A stretch of 64,000 nt of DNA from Bugula neritina (taxonomy: Eukaryota > Animalia > Bryozoa): positions 806,001-870,000 of the forward strand of contig OZ037766.1 in assembly GCA_964035545.1 (NCBI GenBank), given 5' to 3'. Under the pieces are notes generated by a model, which saw only the letters and a program-made list of their open reading frames with translations, was not told where the DNA came from and did no database searches. The translations under genes and the position numbers were made by a program. How positions within the stretch are numbered: the stretch's first letter is position 1; each line of letters opens with the position of its first letter. This document shows, in pieces, positions 61,501-64,000 of the stretch.

Positions 61501-63822
61501 AGAGAACGGTGAAGGAGGTCTGGAACATAATCTACATTGACGACTTCAACCGTGAACCCCAGTTTGCCATCAGAATGGACGGCACTTCAAAGACCATCTC
61601 CATCGAGTACAGAAACTACAACTATAAGCTGACCACCAAGACCTTCAGTGGGGACGCTGTCGCTGCCGTAAGCTGCTACTTGATTTAGTCTTCAGAAAGT
61701 GTTTAAGTTTCACTCAGTTTGTTATTTTGATTCTAATTTTTTTGATGTTGTATTATGCCTTTTACAACATTTAAATTCGGTTTTTAAGTATTTATTTTTA
61801 TTGCTCAGTAGCTTATAGGTTTGTGTCAACTTTTAACTGAGTCAACTCTTAACTGAGTCAACTGTTAACTGAGTCAACTTTTAACTGAGTCAACTCTTAA
61901 CTGAGTCAACTCTTAACTGAGTCATCTTAAAGTACTATTCTTAGAAACATCTTTTCTTTGATTTGAGAAGTTAGAAAATTACAAATGATATATTGTATGT
62001 TGCAATAGATCTGTTGGTCCTCGACATGCTATTTTTAGATTTCCTGTCTATTTATAGATTTTTGACTTGAACTGGCATAAGATTAGCATGAGTTTCTTGG
62101 AAGACAGGGTTGTCCTCTACCTAGACTGTAAAGATGCTGGCACAGTGTTGTGGGGCGATGATGTGCGTACCCCAATCGGTACAAACGGAAACGTTTACCT
62201 GGCCCAAAACAGCATGGACAAACCCACACAGGTACGTAGTGGCATCTACCTGCGATGAATATGCGACAACATTTACTTCTCTGCTATCTGCTGTTAAAAA
62301 TCTGATTTTTTTAAGCAAAAATATTCCTAAGAGTAACAACTGTTTCTTCTGCATAGTAGTTGCATGGCAATCAGCTTTGACGATTCTATTTATTAACTTT
62401 TGTGTTGATATTTACATGTGCGCAGATTGACCTGCAATGGCTGGTGATTCACTGCGACCCTTATCTCGCTGCCAAGGAGACGTGCAATGAGCTGCCTCCA
62501 GTGATTGAAGACGAGCCTATGGACCAGCCCTGCGAGGAGCAGTGCCCAGCTGGACCACCCGGAAATGATGGAGCTCCTGTAAGTTCTCGGCCATGTCATG
62601 TACATAGAGAATAGTATGTAGCATAAGGAGTTGTCTTCTATCTTATGTATCTATCTTATGTATATAGTGAACATTATGTAACATAAGGATTTGTCTTCTA
62701 TTTCATAAACAATGGTTCTGGAAATTTATAAGTTTTTTAAGACTTCGCAAGCTTGAAATTTTATTTATTAGCTAATAAAAAATAGAAATTGAAAAATTTT
62801 GTTGACCTTGACCAAACAGAAGTCAAGGTCACCTTAGTCGTGACATCATGAGTCATCATGTCTGCTAACAGAACTGGTTGTGCTAATTCTAGGGAGTAAC
62901 CGGACCCATGGGTCCACCTGGTGCACAGGGAGAGAGAGGTGCAACCGGAGCACCCGGTAAAGCTGGACGTGATGGTGTAGATGGTGCACCAGGTGTACAA
63001 GGTAAACAGGGTGCGCAAGGATTGCCTGGACCTGCTGGTACTGAAGGGACCCCTGGCCCACGAGGAGATATTGGACCACCAGGAACTCCTGGTGCTATGG
63101 GCTTGCAAGGACCTCCTGGAGAGAGAGGAACTGAAGGTCAACCAGGTCCCATTGTGAGTTGCCAACTCCTGTAAAATATGTAATTGGTCATTAGTCATTA
63201 GTCATTAGTCATTAGTCATTAGTCTCGCTTCACTAACTTTGCCTATACTACACAAGTGCCAGTGCTGCTGGCTCGAAAGCTAAATGTTATAAACTGTCAG
63301 CTAAAACCCAATCTAGTATTCCTAGGTTGGTTGGCCTAAAGAAATAATACATAGCTGTTATAGCAGAAGAATTTGTGAACAAGTCAAACCTCCATCTTTT
63401 TACATAAACTGAATGAGACTATAAATAATTATTATTGTGTATGTTGTGTATGCACACTAAACAACTCACAGTTGAACACTCATTTAAGTTATGTTACTTC
63501 TGTTGGTTTTAATTTCTTTGTTTTATAAAAAACAACTCCAACTGACTATTGAAAACTTTATCAAAAAAATGTTGCTTTTACCTTGAATCTCATATTCTTT
63601 CAATAAGTTGAGTTGTTGTGTGACATTGTTTGGTCATGTGACATAGGGGGCACCTGGAGAGATGGGAGTTGAGGGTATGCCCGGTGCACCTGGTGCTCCA
63701 GGTGTTGGTGCTCCCGGAGCTCCTGGACCAGAAGGTAAGATGGGACCCGAGGGACCAATGGGACCTGCCGGAAGAGCCGGCATTCCAGGTCTCAATGGAT
63801 TTGATGGCAAGAAAGGAGAGAA
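58562..63822 (+). CDS. TSPN/LamG-domain (FACIT, collagen IX alpha-1-like) collagen, 5' part; exons about 58562-58646, 59007-59075, 59639-59777, 61439-61667, 62059-62231, 62426-62578, 62893-63153, 63647-63822; continues past the window
   Basis: Signal peptide [25 protein letters not shown]; NC4-like motifs [43 protein letters not shown]...ETCNELP; then Gly-X-Y exons. Confidence 0.9.
61095..61443. repeat. About 26-bp minisatellite built from a collagen splice acceptor
   Basis: Unit CCTATTATTCACATCTGTTGACAG(TA/CA), about 13 copies; the final TTGACAG (61438) is the acceptor. Confidence 0.9.
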
Positions 63823-64000
63823 GGTGAGAATAAGTTTACTGGGTCATTAGATTTACCCTGAGTTATTACAAGCTCTTCCTAATTGTAAAGAGTTGTCTCT
63901 CCTCTCAGTAGTTTTTATGCAAATTGAAATTTTTACTGAAGGCATTAATTTTACTATTAATTCATGAAAACTAAGCATGCAATTTTAGTGAAAACATCTA

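Overview
AT-rich, intron-containing animal (invertebrate-type) genomic DNA; no prokaryotic features, rRNA/tRNA genes or CRISPR arrays are supported. The left half is mostly mobile DNA. It holds two full-length, apparently young Ty3/Gypsy LTR retrotransposons of one lineage (185-7970 minus; 25318-32812 plus), a related solo LTR, and a three-part fold-back array of a THAP/HTH/DDE (PHIS: ISL2EU/Harbinger-like) DNA transposon. Host genes are a kinase-dead MAPKAPK2 duplicate, a TRIM-like RING/B-box/coiled-coil/beta-propeller gene, an intact MAPKAPK2, a death-domain IRAK/Pelle-family gene whose kinase looks catalytically dead (HRN), and the 5' part of a TSPN-domain collagen. Introns carry many minisatellites that sit on, and often duplicate, splice sites. 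The best candidate for a new system: both Gypsy elements carry, in the env position, a homologous ~270-aa non-Env protein with two zinc fingers and a C-terminal leucine zipper. In element 2 it is encoded through a canonical spliceosomal intron. Element 1's LTR has six CCGA-N3-TCGG palindromes at ~16-bp spacing upstream of its TATA box, plus two more just upstream of that ORF. This suggests a retrotransposon-encoded dimeric transcription regulator with its own response elements (inference). Exon coordinates were read by eye and may be off by a few bases.
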